Origin: Bryobacteraceae bacterium
GTDB taxonomy: Bacteria; Acidobacteriota; Terriglobia; Bryobacterales; Bryobacteraceae
Length of the DNA stretch: 64,000 nt
Direction: 5' to 3'
Assembly (NCBI GenBank): GCA_045807925.1
Contig: JBJMGK010000213.1
Coordinates: 64,252-128,251, forward strand
Of this stretch, positions 10,261 through 20,877 are shown piece by piece; position 1 is the stretch's first letter, and each line of letters begins with the position of its first letter. Made by a program: the position numbers and the translations under genes. The notes under the pieces are model-generated. The model had not been told where the DNA came from and made no database searches. It worked only from the letters and a program-made list of their open reading frames with translations.

Positions 10261-10845
10261 GCAAAACCCTAATTGTTCCTGACCTTCAAGAATATCAAAG
10301 AGGAAGGTTCCCGGAGTCGTGATCAACGCGATCGCACTTGGCAGCAGGTCCTAATCACGCAGTAGTTCCCAAAAGAACTAAGTTATCGGCAGAACCGCGG
10401 ACTTCTATCTCTGCCCATGCCGGCCGAACCCAAAAAAGCAGTTAAAGCGCGCGATATTTTAGATTAATTACGAATTCTTTCCTGGTGTATTTCCAACGCC
10501 AATACACCCGATCCACGCGCATCAACTAAACGGCAATTACTTGTTACTAAAGGACATAGAGTTAAGAATTCCAAAGATTGAAGAAATAACGCAGGCATTA
10601 AATGTAACAATTACTCTGTAATTACTACTTGCATTAGGCATTAAATACGTAGTATCTTTTACTCAGACACGTAACAAATGCACATCCCAGTTATCCTCGA
10701 CGGCTTCGTTTCTCTGATTGGTTTCTTCCTTAGCTAACTTGGCTCTCCCAACGGGTCTTCTCAGCGCAACAAGACCGGCAAGGTCAACAACGATCGCGAC
10801 GGAACGATCTCAGTCTCTTGATATCGGAAAAGTGAATGGAAGGTC

Positions 10846-10939
<94 letters not shown>

Positions 10940-10950
10940 TCGGGTTTCGT

Positions 10951-10973
10951 GGGCGCGACAGTAAAACGCGCCC
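10951..10973 (-). terminator. GC-rich hairpin between hom and tRNA-Ser (possible terminator or processing structure)
   Basis: GGGCGCG-N9-CGCGCCC, a 7-bp perfect stem. No clear U-tract follows. Confidence 0.3.
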
Positions 10974-11037
10974 AGACTGACCGGTAGTCTCCAGCAATCG
11001 TAGCACACGAAAACGCCTCTCGAGCTGGGACCGAACG

Positions 11038-12351
11038 CTAGAAACCGCGCTGCATCGGCATCGCCAGCGGCGGTTCGACCAGAAAGTCCGCCGTACGAAT
11101 CTCCACGAGTGCTTCCCGAACGGCCTGCTCTCGTGCCGGCTCGGTAGTCACGACGAACGGGAGATCCCGCCAGTCCTCCCGCGGAAGCTGCAATACCGCA
11201 TCGATACCAATCTTGTGCTTGGCAAGGATTGTTGCCAGGGTCGCTATGATGCCGGCCTTATCCTCAACCCGGAACCGCAAATAGTAGGGCAGAGTCTGTG
11301 TCGTCAACGGAACGGGCTTGTACTCGCCGAGCCGCTCGTGAGCAAACGGGCTTACCCGACTCGGACTGCCGCATCGAATCTCGCGCGCAACCCGCATTAT
11401 GTCGCTTACGACTGCGACGCCGGTCGGCTTGGAACCCGCTCCCCGGCCATAGTAGAAGGTGTCTTCTCCGTAGCTGCCGCGCACCCAGATTGCGTTGTAC
11501 GCGCCTTTCACATGAGCCAGGATGGCCTCCTGGGGAATAAGGCTCGGGCGAACAGAAAGCAACAAACCATCCTGGGTCTGGCGAGCCACGCACAGAAGGC
11601 GAATCGTATGTTTCAGCTGGTGGGCGTATTGAAAATCTACCGGCATGATGCGCCGGATGCCCTCTGTTGAAATATCAGAGGGGGTCAGCCGTTCGCCGAA
11701 CGCCAGGGCAGCGAGGATGGCCAGCTTCGATCGAGCATCTAAGCCGTCGACATCTGCAGACGGATCGGCTTCCGCATAGCCCAGCCGCTGTGCTTCGGCC
11801 AATACAGAATCAAAGGCGGCATTGCTCTTCTCAATCTCCGTAAGGATAAAGTTGCTAGTCCCATTCAGGATCCCGTAGAGTTCAACAATCCTGTCGCCCG
11901 CGATGCCTTCGCGCATGACCGTATGGATCGGAATACCGCCCGCGACGCTGGCCTCCATTGCAATATTGACGCCGTTGGCATTCGCCAATTCCCAGAGCTC
12001 AGCACCTTTGAGCGCCATCAACTCTTTATTGGCGGTAACGACGGATTTGCGCTGCCGTACAGCCTCTTCGATGATTGCCTTTGCGGTAGCCGTTCCGCCG
12101 ATCAACTCGGCGACTACGTCCACCTCGGGATGCGCCACCAGATCACGCCAGTCCTCTAATTTGGCCACTCCCTCCGGCACCGGAGGCAGCTTTTTCGCGC
12201 GAATCGTGCGGCTGCAGATTGCTTTTACCGCGATGGGAAACCCGAGCTTCTCCTCAAGAGCTTTCGCATTCTCCGTCAAAATTTCGAGAGCACCCAGCCC
12301 TACATTACCGAGCCCGATCAGACCCACGCCGACCGACTTCTTAAGCATCAA
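11038..12351 (-). CDS. hom: homoserine dehydrogenase
   Basis: N-terminal NAD-binding VGLIGLGNVGLG, a central catalytic domain and a C-terminal ACT-like region. 437 aa. Confidence 0.92.
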   Translation of the reverse strand: MMLKKSVGVGLIGLGNVGLGALEILTENAKALEEKLGFPIAVKAICSRTIRAKKLPPVPEGVAKLEDWRDLVAHPEVDVVAELIGGTATAKAIIEEAVRQRKSVVTANKELMALKGAELWELANANGVNIAMEASVAGGIPIHTVMREGIAGDRIVELYGILNGTSNFILTEIEKSNAAFDSVLAEAQRLGYAEADPSADVDGLDARSKLAILAALAFGERLTPSDISTEGIRRIMPVDFQYAHQLKHTIRLLCVARQTQDGLLLSVRPSLIPQEAILAHVKGAYNAIWVRGSYGEDTFYYGRGAGSKPTGVAVVSDIMRVAREIRCGSPSRVSPFAHERLGEYKPVPLTTQTLPYYLRFRVEDKAGIIATLATILAKHKIGIDAVLQLPREDWRDLPFVVTTEPAREQAVREALVEIRTADFLVEPPLAMPMQRGF

Positions 12352-12396
12352 TTCCCGCCATGTGCTTCACCACAAGTGGCTTATGATAGCAACCAT

Positions 12397-12741
12397 ATGG
12401 GCCGCACACGCCGCAGGGCGCTGCTCACGCTGACTGCGCCTTGGCTTGCGGCGGCTACGCAACAGTTCCCCGACCCGCGACAGGAACCACACAGTCCTCC
12501 GGACTTACACAAGCCGGACGAAGACACCAAGCTGCCAAACGGGAAGTCGCAGAAAGACGCGATCGCGAAGCAAAACCACGAAGCGTCCCTGAAGGACGCT
12601 TCCGATTTGGTGCAAGCCGCGAAAACCCTGGAAGAAGAACTGAAAAACGCCGGAAGCTATGTCGTACCGGTCTCTTCAGTGAAGAAAACAGAGGAGATCG
12701 AGAAGCTTGCGCGACGCATTCGCTCGAGGCTTAAAGCGTAG
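12397..12741 (+). CDS. hypothetical small exported protein (twin-arginine-like signal)
   Basis: MGRTRRRALLTLTAPWLAAA N-terminus followed by a charged, Lys/Glu-rich body. The ORF opens at GTG 12376. Confidence 0.5.
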   Translation: MGRTRRRALLTLTAPWLAAATQQFPDPRQEPHSPPDLHKPDEDTKLPNGKSQKDAIAKQNHEASLKDASDLVQAAKTLEEELKNAGSYVVPVSSVKKTEEIEKLARRIRSRLKA

Positions 12742-12803
12742 TATTCGCATGCTAACCTGACGTGACGGCGTCGTTTGATCCTGACTGCTGTCGCCAGACC
12801 AGC

Positions 12804-13382
12804 ATGCCGACTGTTCAAGAAAAAAAGCAGCTCATGAGCGCGTCGGAGATCGACCGCACTCTCGTCCGCCTTGCACACGAAATTCTCGAAAAAACCAGCG
12901 ATCTGAACAAACTTGCTTTCGTCGGCATCAAACGGCGCGGAGTGCCGCTGGCACAGCGCTTAGCGGCAAAGATCGAAAGCCTTGAACAGCTAAAAATTCC
13001 CGTCGGCATCTTAGACATAAACCTTTATCGCGACGACCTCTCCACTGTCTCGGAACGTCCGGTTGTAAACGCGAAACAGATCGATTTCTCTATCGTCGGT
13101 AAAGACGTCGTTTTGACGGACGACGTGCTCTACACCGGACGCACCATCCGGTCGGCTCTCGACGCGCTCTTTGACCATGGACGACCGGCACGAGTGCAGT
13201 TGTTGGTCCTCATCGATCGTGGGCATCGCGAACTTCCCATCGAGGCTCGCTATATCGGCCGAATGGTCCAGACGAGCGACAGCGAAATCATCGAAGTTAA
13301 GTTTCAGGAGATCGACGGAGTCGAGAAAGTGCTTCTCGTCGAGCGTGTAGACGAACCGGCAACCGCATCTTCACCGGTTTAA
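12804..13382 (+). CDS. pyrR: bifunctional pyrimidine operon regulator / uracil phosphoribosyltransferase PyrR
   Basis: RLAHEILEK N-terminal helix and a PRPP-binding motif (VVLTDDVLYTGRT). It lies immediately upstream of pyrB-pyrC. Confidence 0.88.
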   Translation: MPTVQEKKQLMSASEIDRTLVRLAHEILEKTSDLNKLAFVGIKRRGVPLAQRLAAKIESLEQLKIPVGILDINLYRDDLSTVSERPVVNAKQIDFSIVGKDVVLTDDVLYTGRTIRSALDALFDHGRPARVQLLVLIDRGHRELPIEARYIGRMVQTSDSEIIEVKFQEIDGVEKVLLVERVDEPATASSPV

Positions 13383-13420
13383 CTCGCGACCAGCAATTCG
13401 GAGCTTGAGGCCCATAAGAG

Positions 13421-14335
13421 ATGAAGCGTCGAGGACTTCTAGACATCGAGTCTCTGTCGCGTGAAGAGATCGAATCCATTCTGCTGCGTTCGAAAGATTT
13501 TCAACCGCCGGCTGGAGAGACGTTCAAGCGCTCCGACACGCTCAAAGGCAAGACGGTCGTCAACCTCTTCTTTGAGTCTTCAACGCGCACACGCATGAGC
13601 TTCGAGATCGCGGCAAAGCGCCTGGGCGCAGATGTGCTTTCCATCGCCGCATCGGGTTCGAGCGTTTCGAAAGGGGAATCGCTGGTCGACACGCTCAATA
13701 CTTTAGGCGCGATGCGACCGGACGCGATCGTGATGCGGCATGCGGCGTCCGGCGCACCGCATTTCCTTTCCCGATATTTGCCGATTCCATTTGTAAACGC
13801 CGGCGACGGCACTCACGAGCATCCGACGCAGGCGCTGCTTGACGCACTTACGATCATCGATCGCCGCGGCAGTCTCGAAGGATTGCGCATCGCGATCATC
13901 GGTGATATCGCGCACAGCCGTGTAGCCAGGTCCAACGTGTTCCTTCTGTCGAAATTTGGTGTTCAGGTTGTTTTGTGCGGTCCGGCGTCGCTCCTCCCTC
14001 GCGAGATGGGACAGATTGCACCGGGTATCGAACTGACCAGCAATATGGAAGAGGCGATCCGGGACGTAGACGTGATCATGATGCTGCGCGTTCAACTGGA
14101 GCGCCAGCACGAAGCGGCATTTCCGGCGAACGAATACTTTCAGTTTTTCGGCTTGCGCCCTGAACATATGGAACTTGCTAAGCCAGACGTTATCGTCATG
14201 CATCCAGGACCCATCAATCGCGGGCGGGAAATCTCGTCCGAAGTCGCAGACTCACAGAGGTCAGCAATTCTGAACCAGGTTGGAAACGGAATCGCTGTCC
14301 GAATGGCGGTGCTTGAGCGGGTGCTCGCCGGATGA
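13421..14335 (+). CDS. pyrB: aspartate carbamoyltransferase catalytic subunit
   Basis: FFESSTRTRMSFE and HPTQALLD motifs. Confidence 0.95.
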   Translation: MKRRGLLDIESLSREEIESILLRSKDFQPPAGETFKRSDTLKGKTVVNLFFESSTRTRMSFEIAAKRLGADVLSIAASGSSVSKGESLVDTLNTLGAMRPDAIVMRHAASGAPHFLSRYLPIPFVNAGDGTHEHPTQALLDALTIIDRRGSLEGLRIAIIGDIAHSRVARSNVFLLSKFGVQVVLCGPASLLPREMGQIAPGIELTSNMEEAIRDVDVIMMLRVQLERQHEAAFPANEYFQFFGLRPEHMELAKPDVIVMHPGPINRGREISSEVADSQRSAILNQVGNGIAVRMAVLERVLAG

Positions 14336-15621
14336 GCCGACTTCTGATCCAAGGCGGCCGTGTAGTGGATCCGGCGCAAAACCTGGACCGCATCTGCGAC
14401 CTCGCCATCGAAGACGGCATCGTCCGCGAGATTGGCACGAACATTCAGGACCCGGGCGGCAGCGAGCGATTGGACGCTTCGGGCAAGGTTGTTGCCCCAG
14501 GGTTCATCGACATTCATGTTCACCTTCGCGAACCCGGCTTCGAACACGCGGAGACCATCGAAAGCGGGTCGCGGGCGGCTGCAGCGGGCGGGTTTACGTC
14601 CGTTTGCTGCATGCCAAATACACAGCCCGTGAACGACAACGCCACGGTGACCAGCTACATTCGTGAACAGGCCAGTCGTCATGCGGTCGTTCGCGTGTAT
14701 CCCATCGGAGCAATCACGAAGGGCAGTGCGGGCGAGGAACTCGCTGCGATCGCCTCGATGAAACAGGCCGGCGCAGTTGCCATTTCGGATGATGGCCGGC
14801 CGGTGATGAATGCACGAGTCGTTCGGCGCGCCATGGAGTACTGCCGCTCTCTGGATCTACCCCTGATCGAGCATTGCGAGGACCTTCATCTCAGTGCGGG
14901 CGGCGATATGCACGAAGGCCTCGTCTCGACCAGGCTCGGTTTGCGCGGCATCCCACGGTCTTCGGAAGACGTCATGGTCGCGCGCGATCTGATCCTTGCC
15001 GAACTGACGGGCTGCCGTTATCACGTGGCGCATATATCCTCGCAGCACTCAGTCGAGATGGTCCGGTATGCGAAGAGCCGCGGACTTCATGTAACAGCCG
15101 AGGCAACTCCTCACCATTTTGTGCTGGCCGATACCGACATACAGCCGTACGACAGCAACTTCAAGATGAAACCCCCGATACGGGAGAACCGGGACGTTCG
15201 CGGAGTGCTCGAAGGGCTTGTTGGTGGCGCCATCGATGCGATTGCAACCGATCACGCGCCGCACGCCGGGGCAGAAAAGATGCAGGAGTTTGAGCGCTGC
15301 CCATTCGGCATTATCGGACTCGAAACCGCACTAGGCTTAGCGCTCGAGCAACTCTACCATCCCGGTCACGTAGACCTCGCGGCGGTCGTCGCCTTGTTTA
15401 CGCACAGGCCTGCGTCCGTTTTGTCTCTGCCGGGCGGCAACTTACGGGTGGGTTCGCCTGCCGACGTTACCATATTCGGCACTGATCACGAGTGGACTTA
15501 CGACGTGAATCGCTCGCCGTCGAAGAGTCGCAACACGCCGTTTCACGGACGCAAGTTTCGGGGTGGTCCGCTCGCTGCAATTGTGGGCGGAGAGCTGATC
15601 TGGCAATCAGATCTGGTTTAA
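14332..15621 (+). CDS. pyrC: dihydroorotase
   Basis: DIHVHLREPG metal-binding motif and an amidohydrolase pattern. There is a 4-nt overlap with the pyrB stop. Confidence 0.93.
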   Translation: MSRLLIQGGRVVDPAQNLDRICDLAIEDGIVREIGTNIQDPGGSERLDASGKVVAPGFIDIHVHLREPGFEHAETIESGSRAAAAGGFTSVCCMPNTQPVNDNATVTSYIREQASRHAVVRVYPIGAITKGSAGEELAAIASMKQAGAVAISDDGRPVMNARVVRRAMEYCRSLDLPLIEHCEDLHLSAGGDMHEGLVSTRLGLRGIPRSSEDVMVARDLILAELTGCRYHVAHISSQHSVEMVRYAKSRGLHVTAEATPHHFVLADTDIQPYDSNFKMKPPIRENRDVRGVLEGLVGGAIDAIATDHAPHAGAEKMQEFERCPFGIIGLETALGLALEQLYHPGHVDLAAVVALFTHRPASVLSLPGGNLRVGSPADVTIFGTDHEWTYDVNRSPSKSRNTPFHGRKFRGGPLAAIVGGELIWQSDLV

Positions 15622-18533
15622 GCAATAGCCCGTTGCGCAAGTACCTGCTTCAGGTAGCGACCGGTGTATGATTCCGGAGCCGAGGCGATAGCTTCCGGCG
15701 AACCCTGGGCCACGACATTGCCGCCCGCTTCCCCGCCCTCCGGTCCTAAGTCAATGATCCAGTCGGCTGCCTGGATCAACTCGAGATTATGCTCGATCAA
15801 CAGAATACTGCCCCCGCTCTTGATCAGCCGCTCGAATGCCTCCAGGAGCTTGGAGATGTCGTCGAAGTGCAAGCCTGTTGTCGGTTCATCGAACAGGAAG
15901 AGCGTCCCTTCACAGCTTGCCTGCGCAAGGTGAGACGCCAGTTTGACTCTCTGAGCCTCCCCGCCGCTCAACGTTGTTGCCGATTGGCCGAGCCGCAGAT
16001 ATCCCAAGCCCACGTCCGCTAAAACTTTCAGCTTCGCAGCCAGACGCGGTGTATCGGCAAAGACCGACAGAGCCTCGCGAACCGTCAACTGAAGTACTTC
16101 GTGGATGTTCAGCGACTTGTACTTGATATCCAGGATGGACTGCTTGTAACGAGTACCTTTGCACTCTTCACAGACGAGTTCCACATCGGCAAGGAACTGC
16201 ATCTCAACCGTGACTGTGCCGTCGCCCTGACACGTCTCGCACCGGCCGCCTGGGATATTGAACGAGAAGTGGCCGGCGGTGTAACCGCGCCGCTCCGCTT
16301 CCGGCGTACAGGCGAACAACTCTCGGATCAGATCGAACGCCTTGACGTAGGTGACCGGATTCGATCGCGGGGTCCGTCCGATCGGAGACTGGTCAACCAT
16401 AACGACACCGCTCAGGAGATTCGCGCGTTCCATCCGCTTCAAGGTCTGTTTCCGGGCCGTGCCCTCGGTTTCCGGATCGCTCTTCTTCTCGCGTTCTTTA
16501 TTCACGAGAAGGTCGAGCGCAGGGTAAATCACCTGATGCACCAAGCTCGATTTGCCTGAGCCCGATACGCCTGTTACCGCCACCATCATGCCGAGCGGAA
16601 TCTCGACATCGATGTTCTTAAGGTTGTTCGCGCGCGCACCAAAAAAGCGTACCGTTTTTTTGCTGTTCACTTTCCGGCGCTCTCGCCTTCGGGCCACGGA
16701 CAATTCGCCGCGGAGGTACCGACCCGTCATGGAGAGACCGTGATCTTTACCCGCGCCCGGCGAAAGCAATTCGTCATAGGTCCCGGCGAAGGTGACACGT
16801 CCGCCATTTTCTCCCGCGCCAGGCCCCATGTCGATGATGTAATCCGCTTCGGCCATGATCTCGGGATCGTGCTCCACGACGATGATCGTGTTTCCAATCT
16901 CGCGCAGGTTCTTCAGAATCCGGATCAGGCGTGAAGTGTCACGGCTGTGGAGCCCGATGGACGGCTCGTCGAGGACGTAGACTGCGCCAACAAGTCGCGA
17001 GCCGAGGCAGGTAGCAAGTTGGATGCGCTGTGCTTCCCCGCCCGACAGCGTGGACGAGAGCCGATCGAGCGTCAGGTACTCAAGCCCGACGTCATTCAGA
17101 AAGTTGCACCGCTGCTGTATCTCGTCGAGAATGCGATCGGCGATTTCGCCTTCTTCCGGGCTTAGCTGCACTTCAGCAAAAAACTGGCGGGCCTGGGCGA
17201 TGTTCATCGCTGAGACCTGCGCAATATTGCACTCGCCCAAACGCACCCACAGCGCTTCCGGGCGCAGCCTCGAGCCGCGGCACGCCGGGCACTGCGTGTA
17301 GGCGCGATACCGGCTCATGAACACGCGCACATGCACCTTGTATTTCTTCTTCTCCACTTCCTGGAAGAAGCGGTACACGTGCTTGCGTACGAATTCTCTT
17401 TCGTCGGCCCGCAGGTCGGCGAAAGCCTTGTCGCAGCGGACCTTGCCGCGCGTCTTCGGTTTGAACGCTTCTTCGAAGTACCAGGAGTATTGCGGCTTCG
17501 TCCAGGGATCAACAGCGCCTTCATTGATCGACAGCGTCGGATCGGGAATAATCAGATCGAAATCGAAATCGATCGTGTTCCCAAACCCCTGGCAAACGGG
17601 GCAGGCGCCCATTGGGTTGTTGAAGCTAAACATCGTCGGCTCGGGCTGCACCGCTGTTTGCCCGCACACTTTGCAGGCAAACTTTTCGGTGAAATGCAGC
17701 CTCTCGGGCTCGGCTACGGAAGCCTGTTCGAAGAAGATTTCACCGCCCTCGCGGTAACAGACCTCGACCGTATCCACGATACGGCTGTGGAGATCCGGAC
17801 GAATCACGAGCCGATCGGCCAGGATGAACACCGGCTTCGCGAAATCGATTTCGAGCAGCGACTCAGGGGTGGAAAATTCAAACGTTCGACCGTCCTGAAA
17901 TAACCGCGTGAAGCCTCGCTTGCGAAGATCAAAGAGGCGGTCCCGCAGCCCGGACACGTCGATCGATGGAACCGCGTTTTCGGTCGGGGGCTGACCCGGA
18001 ACTTTGACGGGGAACAACGCATACCAACGCGATCCTTCCGGTTGGCTGAGCATTGCTTCGGCGACCTGGTCCACCGTGTCTCGCTGGATGCGAGTGCCGT
18101 CGTTTGGACAGTAAGTACGACCGGCCCGCGCCCACAACAGGCGCATGAAATCGTATAGCTCTGTTGCTGTAGCGACCGTAGACCGCGGATTGCGAGTCTG
18201 GTTTTTCTGCTTGATCGCGATGGGCGGAGCGATGCCTAGAATCTCGTCGACATCCGGCTTCTCCATGCGCTCCAAGAACTGGCGAGCATAGGCGGACAAC
18301 GACTCAACGTACCGGCGTTGCCCTTCAGCGTAGATTGTGTCGAAGACGAGCGAAGACTTACCGGAGCCCGACAGTCCGGTTACCACGGTGAGCAGGTTGT
18401 GCGGAATGTCTACGTCGACGTTCTTCAGGTTATGGACCCGTGCTCCCCGGACGGAAAGCGCTGGTTGGGTTGCGGCGGTTCCCGTTTCGGCCGCGTCCAA
18501 ACTGCAAAAAGGTAAGCTGGGTGTTTCTGGCAT
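15618..18533 (-). CDS. uvrA: excinuclease ABC subunit A
   Basis: 971 aa with two ABC ATPase modules ([18 protein letters not shown]; LSGGEAQR twice) and zinc-finger Cys clusters. Confidence 0.97.
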   Translation of the reverse strand: MPETPSLPFCSLDAAETGTAATQPALSVRGARVHNLKNVDVDIPHNLLTVVTGLSGSGKSSLVFDTIYAEGQRRYVESLSAYARQFLERMEKPDVDEILGIAPPIAIKQKNQTRNPRSTVATATELYDFMRLLWARAGRTYCPNDGTRIQRDTVDQVAEAMLSQPEGSRWYALFPVKVPGQPPTENAVPSIDVSGLRDRLFDLRKRGFTRLFQDGRTFEFSTPESLLEIDFAKPVFILADRLVIRPDLHSRIVDTVEVCYREGGEIFFEQASVAEPERLHFTEKFACKVCGQTAVQPEPTMFSFNNPMGACPVCQGFGNTIDFDFDLIIPDPTLSINEGAVDPWTKPQYSWYFEEAFKPKTRGKVRCDKAFADLRADEREFVRKHVYRFFQEVEKKKYKVHVRVFMSRYRAYTQCPACRGSRLRPEALWVRLGECNIAQVSAMNIAQARQFFAEVQLSPEEGEIADRILDEIQQRCNFLNDVGLEYLTLDRLSSTLSGGEAQRIQLATCLGSRLVGAVYVLDEPSIGLHSRDTSRLIRILKNLREIGNTIIVVEHDPEIMAEADYIIDMGPGAGENGGRVTFAGTYDELLSPGAGKDHGLSMTGRYLRGELSVARRRERRKVNSKKTVRFFGARANNLKNIDVEIPLGMMVAVTGVSGSGKSSLVHQVIYPALDLLVNKEREKKSDPETEGTARKQTLKRMERANLLSGVVMVDQSPIGRTPRSNPVTYVKAFDLIRELFACTPEAERRGYTAGHFSFNIPGGRCETCQGDGTVTVEMQFLADVELVCEECKGTRYKQSILDIKYKSLNIHEVLQLTVREALSVFADTPRLAAKLKVLADVGLGYLRLGQSATTLSGGEAQRVKLASHLAQASCEGTLFLFDEPTTGLHFDDISKLLEAFERLIKSGGSILLIEHNLELIQAADWIIDLGPEGGEAGGNVVAQGSPEAIASAPESYTGRYLKQVLAQRAIA

Positions 18534-18643
18534 GTCGCCGAAGGTTAGAGGAGTCCTGCTCCACTAGCCGACAATAACGGTGCGCGCTGAAGAGAGGCTA
18601 CTTTTATTATAGGTCTGCCTCGCGCCCATTCTCCCTCATTCCT

Positions 18644-19693
18644 GTGCTCTCTGAATTCGAAATTGAGTTGTTCCGATCTCAGCTCCTCCACTGGTTCTCG
18701 CAAAGCAAGCGGGATCTTCCCTGGCGGCGGACCCGGGATCCGTACGCGATATGGCTTTCAGAGGTGATGCTCCAGCAGACCCGGGTAGCAGCGGTGATTC
18801 CGTATTACGAGCGGTTTTTGTCAGGTTTCCCGAATCTAAGAGCGCTGGCGGAGGCGCCCGAATCTGATCTATTGGCGCGATGGGCCGGCTTGGGCTATTA
18901 CTATCGGGCCCGCAATCTGCAGAAAGCAGCTCGGCAAATGATCGAATCGGGTGGCTTCCCGGGTACATACGAAGAGATTCGAACCCTTCCCGGTATTGGA
19001 GAGTATACGGCGGCAGCGGTCGCCAGTATCGCGTTTGACCTGCCGCACGCAGTCGTAGACGGCAATGTGTACCGCGTTTTAAGCCGTGTGCTCAGCGATC
19101 GCACAAATATCGCCGCCGGCAATGCACGAAAACACTTCACCGTTCTGGCCGATTCCCTCCTGGACCGTGCGCGCCCCGGACAGTTTAATCAGGCGGTCAT
19201 GGAACTCGGGGCGACTGTGTGCCTGCCGAAAAGACCACTTTGTCTGCTTTGTCCTGTGTCGGCGCTTTGCACGGCACGGGAGGCTGGGGTGCAGGAAAGC
19301 TTGCCGGTGAAAATCAAACCTCGACGGACCGTGGAGCAAACGCGGCATCTCCTTTGGATTGAGAAGAACGGGAATCTGCTCCTGTGGCAGAGGCCGCCCT
19401 CAGCGCGCCTGATGCCCGGTTTCTGGGAACTGCCGGAGCCCGAGCATGCTCCCGAGGCGCTGAAAGGTGTGAAGCTCGGCCACTTTCGCCACGGCATCAC
19501 AATCCACAACTACCGGTTCGAGGTCTATGCGGCATCTGTCGCGAAGCTGCCCCACGAGTGCACGTGGATCAGCATGGGCGAGCTCACTCGATTACCGATC
19601 AGTACCGTACTCAAAAAGGCAAGAAAGCTCGTCAACATAGTACAGTCCCGGAAGACCGATGAGATCACAAGAGTCGCCCAGTCCGGCTGCTAA
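18644..19693 (+). CDS. mutY: A/G-specific adenine glycosylase
   Basis: HhH-GPD pattern (LPGIGEYTAAAV), a 4Fe-4S cluster loop (CLPKRPLCLLCPVSALC) and a C-terminal NUDIX-like domain. Confidence 0.9.
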   Translation: MLSEFEIELFRSQLLHWFSQSKRDLPWRRTRDPYAIWLSEVMLQQTRVAAVIPYYERFLSGFPNLRALAEAPESDLLARWAGLGYYYRARNLQKAARQMIESGGFPGTYEEIRTLPGIGEYTAAAVASIAFDLPHAVVDGNVYRVLSRVLSDRTNIAAGNARKHFTVLADSLLDRARPGQFNQAVMELGATVCLPKRPLCLLCPVSALCTAREAGVQESLPVKIKPRRTVEQTRHLLWIEKNGNLLLWQRPPSARLMPGFWELPEPEHAPEALKGVKLGHFRHGITIHNYRFEVYAASVAKLPHECTWISMGELTRLPISTVLKKARKLVNIVQSRKTDEITRVAQSGC

Positions 19694-19739
19694 CCGCCGT
19701 TCAAAACGCATTAGACTTGAGGATGGGAAAATTTTGCGC

Positions 19740-20567
19740 ATGCTAAGAGGGTTCGCCTGCACGTGCTTGCTCGCCACGTCGATCTTGGCCCAAGATCCAC
19801 CGGCTTCGGCGCAGAAGCCGCCTTCGCCTTCCGCTTCGCCAGCAACCCAGCCCGCGGACAGGTTAAAGCAGCGAACCGATCCTGCTCCGGGCAACGTAAG
19901 CGTCGCACCCGGAACTCGCATATTGCTGAGTATGATCAACAGCGTGAGTACGAAGCAGGCCATGGTCGGGGATCGAATCTATCTTGAAACGGCCTTTCCC
20001 GTCCTGGCAAACGGTCGGATCGTTGTGCCTCAAGGCAGTTGGGTGACCGGGACCGTTACCGAGGTAAAGCGACCGGGAAAGGTGAAGGGTCGAGGTGAGT
20101 TGCAGGTACGATTCGATTCACTGACCCTGCCCAATGGCGTCTCGAGGGACTTCCGGGCAGACCTTGGTGCAATCGACGCTCGCGACAACCAAAAGCTACA
20201 ACGTGAAGACAGCAAGATCAAGGGCGCGGGAGACAAGTCGGGTGACCTTGGGAAGGTTGTCGGTGCAAGTACGGCAGGCACGGTCATTGGAAGTGGGATT
20301 GGAGCGGCAGCGGGAAACGCTGGTCGGGGCGCAGGCATTGGCGGTGCGGCCGCAGCAGCCTCTTCTCTGGCAGGTGTTCTGCTGACGCGCGGACCCGATG
20401 CGACTTTGACCAAAGGTGCGACTGTTGAAATGGTGCTCGACCGGCCTCTGGTGTTTCAAGAGTCTGACCTCGAGTTTCGGAACGCGCCACCTACTGGCGC
20501 CGCCATTCAGGACCATACGTCTGCACCACCGCAGACCCGGAAGGGCTGGTCGCCCATTCCCTTTTAG
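19740..20567 (+). CDS. hypothetical exported protein with glycine-zipper segment
   Basis: Signal-like MLRGFACTCLLATSILAQ and a Gly/Ala-rich stretch (GSGIGAAAGNAGRGAGIGGAAAAA). No confident family was recognised. Confidence 0.6.
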   Translation: MLRGFACTCLLATSILAQDPPASAQKPPSPSASPATQPADRLKQRTDPAPGNVSVAPGTRILLSMINSVSTKQAMVGDRIYLETAFPVLANGRIVVPQGSWVTGTVTEVKRPGKVKGRGELQVRFDSLTLPNGVSRDFRADLGAIDARDNQKLQREDSKIKGAGDKSGDLGKVVGASTAGTVIGSGIGAAAGNAGRGAGIGGAAAAASSLAGVLLTRGPDATLTKGATVEMVLDRPLVFQESDLEFRNAPPTGAAIQDHTSAPPQTRKGWSPIPF

Positions 20568-20568
20568 C

Positions 20569-20868
20569 TTGCAGCCGGAATCGGAAGACGAAATCTTACA
20601 CGTGCCGATCACGGACGTGTTCGACCTTCATCCGTTCTCGCCTCGAGACGCCAAGGCAGCTCTCGAAGCATATTTAGACGAGGCGACCGAGCGAGGTTTC
20701 CGCGCGCTGCGGATCATTCACGGACGGGGCATTGGGACGCAGCGAGAAATGGTCCGCAAAGTCTTGTCGCGAACGGCGGGAGTAACAAGCTATTGCGACG
20801 CGCCAGCCGAAGCAGGGGGCTGGGGCGCTACGGTAGTAACCCTAAGTCCAACGGAAGAACACGGCTAA
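20569..20868 (+). CDS. Smr/MutS2-type small nuclease domain protein
   Basis: FDLHPFSPRDAKAALEAYLDEA...LRIIHGRGIGT, an Smr domain pattern. A TTG at 20569 was chosen because the longer ORF (from 20416) overlaps the upstream gene. Confidence 0.7.
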   Translation: MQPESEDEILHVPITDVFDLHPFSPRDAKAALEAYLDEATERGFRALRIIHGRGIGTQREMVRKVLSRTAGVTSYCDAPAEAGGWGATVVTLSPTEEHG

Positions 20869-20877
20869 AAAAGCAGG

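Noticed and set aside
12742-12803. PyrR-binding attenuator upstream of pyrR-pyrB-pyrC
   Set aside because: The leader is only about 60 nt and lacks the conserved PyrR binding-loop sequence (UCCAGAGAGG-like). No convincing terminator/antiterminator pair is visible.
20416-20568. N-terminal extension of the Smr ORF
   Set aside because: It overlaps the 3' end of the upstream exported-protein gene. The Smr domain starts after an in-frame TTG at 20569.
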